Positions 26,430 to 39,143 of a DNA stretch of 64,000 bases are shown piece by piece; the stretch's first letter is position 1, and each line of letters opens with the position of its first letter. Below the pieces are notes generated by a model that saw nothing but the letters and a program-made list of their open reading frames with translations, was not told the origin of the DNA and ran no database searches. Origin of the DNA: Marsupella aquatica (Eukaryota; Plantae; Marchantiophyta); contig OZ316894.1 in the NCBI GenBank assembly GCA_973895155.1, positions 5,604,944 through 5,668,943 of the forward strand. Reading direction: 5' to 3'. The position numbers were made by a program, and so were the translations under genes.

Positions 26430-26667
26430 GCACCTCTGTAGGGTAGCCCACAAGGGGGGTCATACCCAAGACCAGGAGGGAGAGAGGGTTGGACTAGAGC
26501 CCAAAGCGGACCAGCTAGGGCTGAAGAGAAACCAATACTCCCACCACTACACCCCACCCACACACACACACACTCACCCTCCACAACCCTTGCATGTGGA
26601 GGGGGGATTGAACCTGGGACCTCTCAGTTCTAGGCTCATCCCCTGGCCAACTGACCACAGCCAGTTG
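26430..26667 (-). mobile_element. tRNA-derived SINE
   Basis: Minus strand reads ggctgtggtcagttgg (A box) ... ggttcaatccc (B box, 26604-26614), followed by a (GT)n tract and a non-tRNA body. TSD not identified and the 3' boundary is approximate. Confidence 0.6.
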
Positions 26668-26925
26668 ATAATTCCAACTTTTCAACACTTTGTTTTCGGG
26701 ATGCTCTCTGGATCTCATCCAGGGAGACACACGAACGTACGAGAAGAGTTCAGGTATATGAATGAGATAGAGCATGGTGACGGGGGACTTGTGCTATAGA
26801 AATCGGTGGACTGATCCACTGTGGGTATGACCTTAGCCACGGGTGAGCCGACGACAGATCAATCAATTGGGACGAAGCAGTCTCTGTTTGGGAGTTGGTT
26901 GTCCTGAAATGTGTTGAGTATAATA

Positions 26926-27740
26926 CTAGCCAAATGGTGTGGGTTGCACGAAAGTTGTAAGTAATCGAGGTGAAAAAAAATTGTTGAGAAGAGAAAAATA
27001 TATCAAGAGAAAAGATATCAAGATGAACAAAAATGTGAAGGGGAGTAAAAGATGTTGAGGAGAGAAAGCAGATCGAGAGGAGCAAAAAATGTCAAGGAGA
27101 TAAAAACATGTGGGGGAGAGGAAAACATGGGAGAGAAAAAATGTCGGGAAGAGAGACGATGTCAAGATGAAAAACGAAGATGAGATGAGGGGAAATGTGT
27201 GAAAAAATGTCAAGGAGAGAAAATTTGTCCAAAATGATATTGATATGAGGAGAAAATATTGAGGGGAGAAAAAGTATCAAGTAGAGAGAAGGAAAGAAAA
27301 AATGTCATGGTGGAACAAAGATCTCAAAATGAGAAAAAGATCCTAATGCCTGAGCGTTGCACAGAAGATGTCGAGGTGAGAAACGATGTTGAGGTGAGAA
27401 AAATATATCAATGAGATAAAAGACGTTAAGGAGAGAAATAGTAATATATTGGAATGAGAAAAAATGTCAAGGTGAGAAAAAAGATGTGAAGGTGTTTGAG
27501 AAAAGATGTTAAGGTGAAATAAAGATGTTAATGAGAACAAATTAAATATGTTGAGGAGAGAAAAGATGTGACCAAGGTAAGAAAAAGATGTCGGTGAGAG
27601 GAAAAGATGTTGAGAAAAGAGAAAAAATGATGTCAAGGTGATAAAATATGTTGAAGTGAGAAAAAGCAAAAAGTACTAAGCGATGCATGAAGTAGGCATT
27701 GAGAGAAAGTGTTGTTGAGCAAAAACATTGTCAAGGTGAA
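26926..27740 (-). mobile_element. Older Helitron-like copy or copies of the same family as 23767, with a degenerate A-rich minisatellite
   Basis: actagccaaatggtgtgggttgcacgaaag at 26925 is homologous to actagccccatgcccgagcgttccacgaaag at 23766. A second hairpin remnant atgcctgagcgttgcacag lies at 27346; array of gatgttgaggtgagaaaa variants. Confidence 0.5.
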
Positions 27741-28769
27741 AATGTTTCAAAATGGACATGTTGTTCAAGGAAAACTGTTGTGGTTGTGGAAAGATTCAAG
27801 GAAAAATTAAACGTACTCAAGTTTAATTATTATAGTAGAGTTATTTGTATTGTCAATCAAAACAAATGCCAAGAAAATGGTTTGAATCAGTGAAATTGTT
27901 TGTTGAGTAGAAGTGGTGTTGCCTGGAAGTGATTGTGACTCAAATGGTGCATTTGTGGCCATGTTGTCAATATGGAAAACAACAAAGTAGACAACAGGTG
28001 TTAATGAAAATATATGAGTGGGGTAAGGATACATAGGGATCAAAACCCATCTAGTAAAATAATCTCTTTTGGGCATAGAGTTCTCTCTCAACCTCCAATC
28101 TCTCCCTTTCAGTCCTCATAATGCCCCAAATCTCAAAACCCCTTAATCATCTACAATACATCCAACCCACATGACAAATTAGCCATTTAATTTATGCACC
28201 CGCAATCAAGCTTGATGACCCTGGGAGTAGCTTGATGACCCTAGGTGTACGTCGGTTAGGACACACGTACCATCACAAAAGACCCGAGACATTTGCAGAC
28301 ACTGAGTATCCATCGAGGATGACGCTTCTTGGAGAGAACAGGACTCGATGGGTGTGGCTTGCCAGAAGCCAGGCACAGAGTCAGGTGCCCACGGAAGGTA
28401 AATTTGTTCTGTCCTCACCTAGGTCAGTGCGGTGAGGGTACAATGTGTGGTACTATGTGCAGGTGAAGGGAGTCAAAGGGCAAGAGTGCAAAGCAGCATT
28501 TGTTTTAGTGGCAAAAATTCACTCATATTTTCCTGTCTCATTAGCCAGAATTTAAATTAAGGTCATCCTTCAATTAATCTAGGGAGATCTGACTGTCAGG
28601 AAATTAATCAGATAATGAATATTTTGAACATCCTTTCCTCCACACACTGGACATTAGTCGCTCTTGCAAAAAAGTTAAAACCTTAAAAATTAAGTTGGTG
28701 GAAAGGAATGACACTATTCCATGGGGATGAAAAAATTACCAAGGACCCAAAATTGTGTTGGGTGGGCAA

Positions 28770-28920
28770 TGCAAAAGTACTTTGTGTACTGTGGGCAAGG
28801 CATGGGTACAGTGGGCAAGGCAAAAGTACTTTGGGTACTCTGGGCAAGGTAAAAGTACTTTGGGTAAGGTAACCAAGGGAAAGGTACTTTGGGTAAGTTG
28901 GGAGAGGTGAGGGTACACTT
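28770..28920. repeat. Degenerate minisatellite
   Basis: Repeated gggcaagg(c/t)aaaagtactttgggta. Confidence 0.7.
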
Positions 28921-29010
28921 CATGGTACCATGTGCATGTGGAGGGAGGTGGAGAGCAAGCAAACTTGTGCGGGCAGGAGGTATGAGATTATTTTGGCTTA
29001 TCTAAGGGTG

Positions 29011-29111
29011 ATGAAAAAACTTCACATGTATTCAACACTCAGGATGAAAAAGCTTCACATGTATTCAACACTCAGGGTGAAAAAACTTCACATGTATTCA
29101 ACACTCAGGAT
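29011..29111. repeat. 33-bp tandem repeat x3
   Basis: tgaaaaaacttcacatgtattcaacactcagga, three near-identical copies with no spacers. Confidence 0.9.
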
Positions 29112-30556
29112 GTGTTCCTGCCTTTTGTCATTTTTGTGGAGGATCACATATTATAGTGTTTCATTCTCTTCTTTACTAATGCTTATTTGGTCTGGTTACT
29201 CTGGCACTTGTGCTATGCACGCTTTGTAATATATATAGCAATGGTTCGTAAAAACCTCCTGAGAGTTTCTTTCGTGCCAAAATAAAAAACATGATGCTTA
29301 TGCTCAGGGTTACCTAGATGAAGTCCCATGAAATCCTTATTCAGGCTTAGTGCTCGACTTGTGTGGGGATCAGCAGGTCCATTTTCTACCTACCCCAACA
29401 TGTAGCAGACTGATAATGCCCGTGTACCCCAGTACAACGCTGAGATTTTACTCATGGTGGCATGGGCCGAAAATAATACTGTTTGTAGGTCGGAGGGAAA
29501 GATAAGATTCTGTAAGCACATGGGGAAGAACATTATCCGTTAGGATGAATTAGCTGGCTGGAAATTAATAGAAGCTAACAATCATACTAAAATTTTGCCT
29601 CCAACGGTTTCTCGTATATTGACAGCTTCCATCAGCAGCAACCCTCTTCTTTCGCGCAGTTGGGAAAGCAATCGGAAAAGTCGGCTATGTTGCTCTCATA
29701 TGGCGTAAGACATTGGCTTTCTTCTTCATTTTATGGTGTTTTTCTTCACGTGACGTCTCAAATTCAATTAAGAATCCAAAACAAATCGAATACAATCAAA
29801 ATATTCGAGAGATTTTTTTGAACCCAATCAGGAGCGAGTTCTGGAGTGAACTTTCTTCAATTTCAAATCAAAAGCTCTCCATCATAATATAAAGGTATCA
29901 TAGTTGCGTTGCAGAGTTACGCAAGCGTGCAGGTGCCGAACAAAATTATGTTCGAGACAGGCGATATGCACGTTTCGTGCTTCCTCTCGACTTTATTAAG
30001 CCTCCATTTAAGAACATAAAAGTCCCAGTGTGTTTAATTAAGGCCAACTGAGTATGAATGTGATGAAATTTACTGCATGACTGGCATATTCCCGGGCATA
30101 TTTGATTCGTGAATCTTGGAGGATAGACACAAACATCAACCCGGATGTACATGCAGAAATTCGAAACTTTGACGAGTTTTTGGCCACCAGGCAAAAGTAC
30201 CTTTGTGACCGCGTGCTACCTCGGGATGTCAGTGTATTACAGACAATAGAAACGGTGAAAAACCAAATACACGTGTATTTATTGTTTTGAACGACTGATA
30301 GCCCCCAAAGCTGACTAAGGCCAGAGACGGTAGTATGAAGTGAATGAATCCAAGAACGAAGGAGTGTCTCTCAATTTTCGGCCGGAGGTAAGAATTCTTT
30401 GGACAGAAAGATGGCAGGACTTTCATAAGATAATTCCTTTTGAAAAACAAAATTCACCTGACTTTCATAAGATATATATTTTGGAAAGTACTAAAACATG
30501 CAGAATTATCGATGTGTTAACAGCTGAACGAAAGGCCTCTTGTGACGGGTCCTTGT

Positions 30557-30639
30557 GAATTCCTTGCTAATTCCTTGCTAATTCCTTGCTAATTCCTTGC
30601 TAATTTGCTAATTCCTTGCTAATTCCTTGTGAATTCCTT
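30557..30639. repeat. 11-bp tandem repeat
   Basis: About seven copies of aattccttgct upstream of the secreted-protein gene. Confidence 0.9.
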
Positions 30640-31136
30640 AGTGCTCCAAGAGGCACTTTCATTTTAACTGATCGATCTGGACACGAAACGTGAGCTAGAA
30701 ATGAACACATGCATGAACCAGAGATCAGCGACATCACGTTCACTAAGGATATCGAACCCGAAGTCTATTGGATAGACGGAGATCGAGACTGGGGCTTACG
30801 TCGGACGCGCTACGTGAGAATACACGCCGTAATGAGGGATCTGACGACTCACAATCTTCGCCTGCGGTCCCAAGATTCTATATTCCTCTGGAAGGGATTG
30901 CAGATGCTCACCTTAGCTCCATTATAAAGACCTTCTAAGACATCAGCTTTTAGATCTATTCACTCAATCTGCTTGTGCCAAACGAAGATCGAAGAGCTTT
31001 CGGTGCATTGGACTTGTTTCATGTTATGCGGCGTATGAGGATTTCAGTCGATTGAGAAAATACAGATATTGTGACTCTATTCCTCTAGATTTCCTTCATT
31101 CCACTGATCAAACCCTGTCCAGCCAAGCTTCTCGCA

Positions 31137-31469
31137 ATGAACCCAAGGTATCTCCTTGTCGCCCTCCTTCTGCTCGCCCCCACTGTCAATGGCTGTGTCT
31201 TTTTCATAGCAGCCGTATTTCAATCCGGCGGTTTATATTTTGACTTTCTGGATGCACAACTCTACGACGGAGGAACTCAACAGTGCGGGATGTACGGCCA
31301 CCCATCCGGAGACGGTCTGTACTATTTCACATGCATCGATGGCTTTACAACAAAGTTCGATCCCAACGATGGCACGGTCTATTACCACACTCCGGACGGC
31401 GATTACACCTTTACGGCACCGTACAACGGAGGGGTATGGCAGACGTGCCAGTATGGTTGTGCGTGCTAG
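31137..31469 (+). CDS. Small secreted cysteine-rich protein of unknown function (110 aa, intronless)
   Basis: Signal-peptide pattern MNPRYLLVALLLLAPTVNG|C; six Cys (20, 50, 66, 104, 108, 110); Gly/Tyr/Asp/Thr-rich mature part; TATA-like attataaag at about 30921. Confidence 0.8.
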   Translation: MNPRYLLVALLLLAPTVNGCVFFIAAVFQSGGLYFDFLDAQLYDGGTQQCGMYGHPSGDGLYYFTCIDGFTTKFDPNDGTVYYHTPDGDYTFTAPYNGGVWQTCQYGCAC

Positions 31470-34400
31470 CTTCGCTAGGTCTTGCATGGCCTGGGGTCAA
31501 TTCGTACGTTCTTGAGTTGTCCTTCACCCGGAATCGAGAAGGCCACGAGGAGAAATAATGTATGTCAGCTGCAAATGTATTCTATCGCTGTACGAGGCAA
31601 TCAATCAGTCTAGTACATACAATTACTTACGGCATCATGTGTCCTGAGCTCAGTGTGGAACCAAGTTAGGACAAGCCTGGCTTGAGTTCTTGGATTGTGA
31701 AAAGATCGTAGGATGCGAGGTGCTGATCAAAAATTGTGCATGAATGCAGTAGACTGCAGGCTTCGAAACATTGAATAAAGTTTTCAGGCTCTGAAAGTAT
31801 TGACGCGCTCCCTTTGCACATTGCAGTTGGAGGATTTTATCTGTCAGTGCAGAACATGTTCATCCGAGCCAACCTGAAACAATATTGTTATTCAGTCATA
31901 AATGTGAACGACAGTACATCCAAACGACAGCGGATAAACTAGACGTGTCTAAAAATGCTGTTCAAACATTCACAAGTTTCCTTTGATGTGGTCTGTTTGG
32001 AATCCACAAATTGCTGAAGAACGCCATTATTTTCGTTCATGCATTTGTTCATAGAGGTTTTCAGAATCGATGTTCAAATTCGCATACGAGAATGGCCAAA
32101 TGATACAGTAGACAATTCCTGCAATCGCACTAATCCTGGCGGCCCTCCATGAAACTATTCTGATTTATACGAGTTGGGGCATACCAGATCCTCTAGAGAC
32201 CTGTCATATGGATAAATTGTTGGAATATTGATTGAGTTGAACATATGATATTTTAATTATCAGTGTAGTAGTAGACTTATGTTTTCAGGTTGTGTAGACA
32301 GTGGCCACTAATGCCACTCTGAGTGCATGGAATTCTTCAATTTAGATTCTCTAGACGTAAGTTTTAGATCTTTCTTCACTACTCCCCTCTCCCCGCCGCC
32401 TATGCCAGACCTCACTTCTTGCGTGGCGCCTGGGGGATCACTTTCTACAGAACCTATTAGTGACATTTAAATCATTTTGAGAAAAGATTGTTGAATGAAA
32501 TCAGTGAAAGAAGAAGATTGTTTTATTCAAAAATGTAACTTGTCATCATGTGATTGGTGTATAACTAACCCAAACCATTGCTCGTGATAGATTGCCCTGT
32601 CTATGTAGTGATCCCCCTCAGCCTGGTGCCGCCATTGCCTGCCTGATAGGTTGCCCTCCAAGTCACCAAGACTTAGTATTGCTTATCTCTATATGAAAAT
32701 ATGAGACAATCAGAAAATGATCAGATAATAAAACCAAACAGTCATGAGACATCTTGCTTTTTAAAATTTTGGAAGAAAACCGTGGCGGATTGCTTGTTAT
32801 AGATGTAGACTCATGAAGTTTATTATGGTATTTGTGTTTGATGTCATTAATATGTACTAGCCCTGCGTGCATGTGCACATGGAGGGGCTCCGTCTACCCA
32901 GACTACCCATGCCAGTTAATTCCTGTTCACAAGTATAGTCTCAATATCAAATTTCTCTATTACCAAAAAACATTCAGCCTATAGTTTCAACCTAAATATG
33001 GAATAGGCCATGAACAAGAAAACTTAGATCACAAATAATAGTATATAATATGTACCACAAATAATATATAGTATATAATTATATACTAGTCCAGATGCCC
33101 AAGCTCTGCTCATGCATAGGGAGGTAATAGATAATGAGTACCATTGCCTATTTAGTTCCATCCCCAATCTCCCAAGAGTCAGAGTCTACTTCTCTTCTCT
33201 TCTGCCTTACTTGTCCATAGGCTTCTAGTCTAGCTTGGATTGTACTTTATTAATTTGATGGATGTGGTTTGATCATATATTGTCATAAATATGATTCCAA
33301 ATTGTTAGTAGTTATTGTGATTATAAGATAATTAATACAAAGTAACAGTCCTTTTATTATTGTCATTAACAATATTACAATCTTTCTCTCTTGGCCCAAA
33401 GAGGCATGACTTTGTGATAGCTCACTTGAATTGAGACTGATAAGTCTTGGGTTCAACTGTTGTGGCTGACACTTCCCAACTATTGTGGCCGACTCTTCCC
33501 TTTCTGTGGGGTTTCACAGATTTCCCCTTTAAAAAAAATTACAATCTCTCAATTAATTTTCATAATTGTCTTCAGTGTCATTCCCAAGCAAAGCGAGGGC
33601 TCTACCATAGTGCTAAGTGACACTGTGCAACAATACAATTGGGTCCATTTTGCATTGCATCTACTTAGCAAAGTTTTCCAGCCAGGCGCAGCAGTTATGC
33701 CACTTTCATTGAAGGGGCACAAAACCTTGAAGGTCTGTATAAACCCTCGGCTACTGTGGCACTTGCAGATGGCACTATAAGTACACATAATTATTATTGA
33801 CAACAAGAGGCAGATACTAGCCAAAGTTCATGGCACTCTTGAGTGGGTCATTGACTGCACTGTCCCTTATCCACAACAAAGTGACAGATGCTCAGAATCG
33901 TGCTCTCATTGCTATATCAATAGAATCTCCAACGAGAGCACAATTATAAGCAGTTGTTCCATCAGCACATACCCTCAATTTGTGTGCTTAGGGGGTTGGG
34001 AGTCCTCACATTGTAATCTGCACTCTGTAACTTCTGCCAGGAAAATTCCAACTTACCACTCAATTGAGCTACTTGTTCTTCTTGTGGAGAAGTAGCTCAA
34101 TGTCACAAGTCACAGGATGCATGATTGCAAGAGTTTTCTGGCTAAGAGCAAGGTACTCATTGTGGAGAACCTTTCCCAAACAAAATCATGCCTGGAAAAC
34201 TCTGGAACAGATCCAAGGATCCTCAATTGCAATGACCAGACATAGCTTCTTCCACAACTCATTGGTCCGCTGAAAACCTCCAAGGGCAAACTAAGGAGCC
34301 TTTTTAGTAGAGCTCCATGATTGGTGAACTGCATACTAGTAGGGTCACATTGACTAATTTGACTAGAGGCCTTAAACTGGACAGCCTCATCCCTAGAAAC

Positions 34401-34986
34401 AATAGTGAATGCCCTTTGTTAGTAATGCAACAAACACCCCATGTCTAAAGAAGGCTTGATGACAGAAATCTGGGGATAAACCAATTCATTGTGCAAATCC
34501 ATCGGGCCAAACCTCTAGATATTGAAGCAAGAGTGAGTTACAAAGTAAGTCCACTCGCATATTGGGAACCATTCCAGAGTATTTTATACTTCAACAGAAG
34601 AATTAGTTACAAAAGTTGTAGTGTTAGCCCTTACACTGGGCAGCAACTCAAGTCTCCTACATTTTTTGCTCTGCATCATTCTTGCAAATGCATGTTAGCT
34701 TTTCATGGATACCGGGAGTGACATTGTGACTAGCACAGATACCAAGAGAACAAGTTTTTGTCTAGCATCCTAAGGCTACCAGTATAGCCCGATTACCCAA
34801 AAAAGCATATTACACTGATAGCAAGTTTGAGTGCAAATAGATGGAATCTATCCAAATATTATGTCAGCATCTCCAAATTTAAACGGCGCAATTGCATGGT
34901 TAGCTGTCCCAAGCGCCACTCTAAATTCCACTTGCATCTTTGGGAACCGTGCAAAAGTTGCATAATATTTTAACAAGAGTTAGTTA

Positions 34987-36735
34987 GAGGCATATGCTTG
35001 ATGGAACCCTGCCAATTGACAAACACAATGTAGGCGCTAGGCCCATATGAAACTTTTGTTACAAACTAGGACCTTTCTAATACTTTTCTGTTGCATGTTC
35101 TTGTAAAATTCTTATAAGGAGTTTTAGTTTGATATTATCACTAACAAGAGCTACTGTAAAGTTTAAATCCCGTCAAACCATGTTGAATGGCAAACCCACA
35201 CTGTTCGAGGAACCGCGGAGTAATGGTGACCATCGCACAAACTGCAAGTTCATAAGTGAAGACATTATACTTCATCATGTCTTCAGTTTTGAATTTTTAA
35301 CCATACTTTCGGTCTTTGGGTTGTGACACTAAACCTATGCACAGGGTTTGCATGATGTATTGACATTTTTCTTTGTTCTTTTGTCTAAGTATATAGAATA
35401 AATCCTCTACTTTTGGCCATTGGTCCCTACTGCAACGTTTAAAAATCATCCAAGTGTGGAACAAAGACTTGTCTTCTCACATCTACCCCAATTTGTCTAA
35501 GTGTGGAAAAGACCAAGGATCTTTTACACTTGGCTATTTTCACTTGTTGCAACTTTCAAAAATTATCTAAGTGTGAAACAAATACACCATTGGAACAGGA
35601 AAGTTTTGCTAGCCTATGTCGTGCGCATACACATCTTTTCACAACATACATCGTTTGTCACATACATCCAAACATAGTCACATTGCCACATCACAAACAC
35701 GAGAGAATGGAATACAAGTGGAACTCATGTCCACACATGTCCAAAACCCACAATAATCTCAATAGAATCGAGCCACAATCGATGCCAACACTACGCACTC
35801 GATCCCGTTCAATCCGATCACACACATATGTCAAGCCAATGCACCTTGCACTCAAGGAATCCACGCTACATAGAAAGAGCTTCGACCACCATAGCCATGA
35901 CACGAACTCCTCTCTCCAAGGGTCAACATCGAAAGATAACCTTTTGATGCCTCACAAGACAGAACTACCCTCTCACACAAACCTAACAGAACCTTATCAG
36001 CTCATATAGCACACATACTAAACATACAGATCTAGATAGTATGATACACTCTAACACTACCTAGAATGGTGTGACACCTACATGAACTAGACTGAATGTT
36101 TAGACTAAATGTTGTACAAACCTGCTGTCATGTAGCAATGTATCCCCTAAAACTCTATAGTCTCGTCAAGCATATATGATTCATTATGTCTTCAAGCATA
36201 GATGTACACGCGGTGGATAATGATGCGACACGGATGGATTGTAGTGGAAAATATACGGTTGACCATGTAGTTAGACACTACATAAGAACCATGTGTATGG
36301 AATCCATATAGGGGGCCTAGTTTGTATCAACGTACTTATGGGGGGCTGGGGGGGTCCTATATAAATTAGGAGTGCCCCCCTAACTTATAAGTGAAATTTT
36401 TATTTTTTTTGCAAAACCCTTTCTTTCTTTAAATTTTGTCATTTTTTACTAAAAAACCCCTAAAAACTTTAAAGAAAATATTTTTATAATTAAATAGGCC
36501 TGTGTGTTCTTTAAAGTCAACCAGTCAATAAAACATGCCCTATGTGTTCTTCCATCAAACTTTGGAAGTCTTCCGTCACACCCATTTAAATGGGCCTATA
36601 CTTTGTCGCACGTGATGTGTCACTTCCGTGGAAGTGCCCCCCCCCCCCCATGGGGGGCCTATTTTGTAACAAAAGTTTTATAGGAGCATGTCATGTAAAC
36701 TTGATTTGGCAAGGGTCCCATCAAGCATATATGTC
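34987..36735. mobile_element. Non-autonomous Mutator-like TIR element, copy 1
   Basis: Long imperfect TIRs (catatgcttgatggaaccctgcc...aaacttttgttacaaa versus ttgtaacaaaagttt...ggcaagggtcccatcaagcatat); flanks gagttagtta/aagttcgtta (8/10, putative 10-bp TSD). Confidence 0.7.
35617..36076. mobile_element. Solo LTR (460 bp) inserted in Mutator-like copy 1
   Basis: TGTC...GACA termini, 4-bp TSD ccta; absent at the homologous site of copy 2 (about 39725-39745). Confidence 0.8.
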
Positions 36736-38477
36736 AAGTTCGTTACATAGTAAACTTTATGTGAGAATACACCCTAGCTTGTTAGACTTTTTGCATGACA
36801 AGAGTAACTTTTCATATGCTTTCAAAAAGATTTCTTGTCTGAGTTTGGTTGCACAAATATCTTTGCATTGGAAGGAAATTTGAATGGTGGTGTTTTTTCA
36901 TTGTTAGGACAGGAAGGGTTGCATCAATCACCTTGGTTTAGAGTACTTTATGGAGAGGATACTTTTGCAAAAAATTCACAAATTAAATTCACATGAAAAA
37001 GTTACGGAAAAGTGTCCGTACAACTTTCAGCTCAACTTACAGTTTTGGGAAAACTTTCCTTACCAACCCACATGACCACTAGAATCTTGTTTCTTTTTTG
37101 AAATACTTGTTAATTTCAAGCTTCATTTCCATTGCATAGTGCAATTAGTTTGTGGAGCCCCTATTCATGTTGCTTTAATGCTTGGGAGAAAGCTAATACA
37201 AGTTCTCCTCTTTATAGTTTGTTATTGACTTTTTACTTTTAAAAAATAATTAAAGTACATACACTACAAATGTTTCCATCAAAATGCTTAGAATTGAACA
37301 TCTAAAATTTGCAAAGTCAACTTAACGCCCAGATGGATTGCTAAGTTGTCTTTGGCCATGCATCCCCATAGACTCTAGACTGATAGAAAGACTGACCAAT
37401 GTACACATAATTGTACCCTAAACCCGGTTCCCGCCATGATATTGTACACTCAAAAGGGTTAAATAATTGTTTTGGCATGCAAAAACCACCAAAATTCAAA
37501 ACAAGCATTTTTCTTGATCTAGTTTTAGGGTCTAGAGGCCTAAAACTGTCACAGATGATGAGCCTGGGAGGATCATTGATATCTCACCTACATATGATGC
37601 GTATGGTGGGCTCATGTATTCTCCTCTCAGGGTCTCATTATATACATGGAGACTAAGTATAGCAAAGAAGTCTCCCAGCCTACCAAGCCCTTTGACAGCT
37701 TGTATGGTTCAGAGCTGATACCTCCAATTTGGAACTAGGTAATCTTCCCAAAGATTGAAGATTAATAAAGATGTTGATCTTCTTGCTCAAACTAAGGGCT
37801 CAAGAGTCACATATACATAATTATCCATGATGAGAATTAAGTACTTTATGACTGATAGCAATCAAAGGGAGCTATCAGTAAGTCTCATTATATGGAGAGT
37901 AAGTATAGCAATAAGTCTTCCCGCACAAAATTCTCACCCATCAAAACATAATTTCACAAGGTGAGAATTTTGGATGGATAACGCTTGCCTTGAATAACTT
38001 TTCTTCGCTAGCTATAGTCTACAGCTCATTTTCTGTGCGTAGCTTAAGGTCTGGTCATGCTCATGATCAGTGGACTAGAATGTAGCCATTCCCACATAAC
38101 ATTCTTGGATAACATTGTAGTCCTTCAATTTCATTGATTCAGCTACCAGGTAGATCTACAGTTTTCCCTTGCCTAAGTTACAGATACACTTGTGCAGGCC
38201 TGTCACTATGGTTTGGTTTCTCTTCATCTAGAAAATCAAATAAGTACATAATAACGGGCCTAATAAACTGTTAATTCTTTGGATATTTTCTGGGGATATT
38301 TTCAGTTGGAAGGCATGCCTGGCACTTAATACAACAGCCACCTCAGTCAAGAAAAATTAAGACAGACATTGGACACATCTTAGATCTCTAACATAGTGCC
38401 ATGAGTCTGATGCAATTACGCCGTATGTCAATGAGAAAGTCAAGAACTAACAATTGTAGTCTGCCCGATCTCTAAGC

Positions 38478-38844
38478 TGTTCAAAAAATTGACCATTATT
38501 CATAAGATAGCATGCACATAAGCAACATACACCAAAGAAATACAAAAGTAGTCAACACTTGAGATACATGGTTCACTTCACTAGAGTTCATGTCCAGGGG
38601 AACACACAACAAAGTTTTACTAAACTCCAAGTCCATTAACCACACTGAGTCTCCACAAACTAAATTTTGATCTCCCAAGTGACTTTGTAACAATGAGTCT
38701 AAATTCCACCCACTAACTAAGTCTTGCTAGTGTAAGCCTTAGTGTAAGTAGTAGTTGCACATCTACCTGTAACCAAACACTTGACTATGGCTCTATTGAC
38801 TGCGCTTACAAAGTAACTCTAGACCTAAGAGTAAATGTCTACCA
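38478..38844 (-). mobile_element. Old diverged solo LTR related to the LTR of the 40410-61886 copia
   Basis: Shares gagatac(a/g)tggttcac, gggaacacaca, gtaacaatgag and actctagacctaagagtaaat in the same order; no TSD recognised. Confidence 0.7.
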
Positions 38845-39143
38845 TCATGATCCCTCTATTGTACTGATATGGCACCTAATAGAATGATTGCGCAGGCTAA
38901 TAATTGTAGTTTCAATCTAGATGACTTACTTGGAGAATTTGTTTTGACTAGATGAAGAACTTTTCACTACAATGATAATTCCCGTGATAATGATATGACT
39001 CTTAATACTTCAACGGGTAAATTGCTTTTCTAGAAAGTGGCGCTACCTATCATTGTTGTGATGGTAGAGAGAAGGAGGGGAGAGCAGAATCATTGAAAGG
39101 TGTTTTCACTCCATGAGAGCACGTGTTTGGAGCCTATTTAAGT

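Noticed and set aside
26590-26667. tRNA gene
   Set aside because: A and B boxes are present but there is no convincing cloverleaf or acceptor stem; better explained as a SINE head.
29011-29111. 33-bp repeats as CRISPR, or the 99-aa ORF 28930-29229 as a gene
   Set aside because: Head-to-tail copies without spacers; the ORF length is explained by the repeat.
32856-33115. Additional actag-plus-hairpin Helitron-like ends at 32856 and 33085
   Set aside because: Hairpins are too degenerate and no matching body or 5' end could be identified.
33870-34420. Possible LINE ORF2 C-terminal remnant on the minus strand
   Set aside because: Multiple stops and no diagnostic RT or endonuclease motif; too weak to call.
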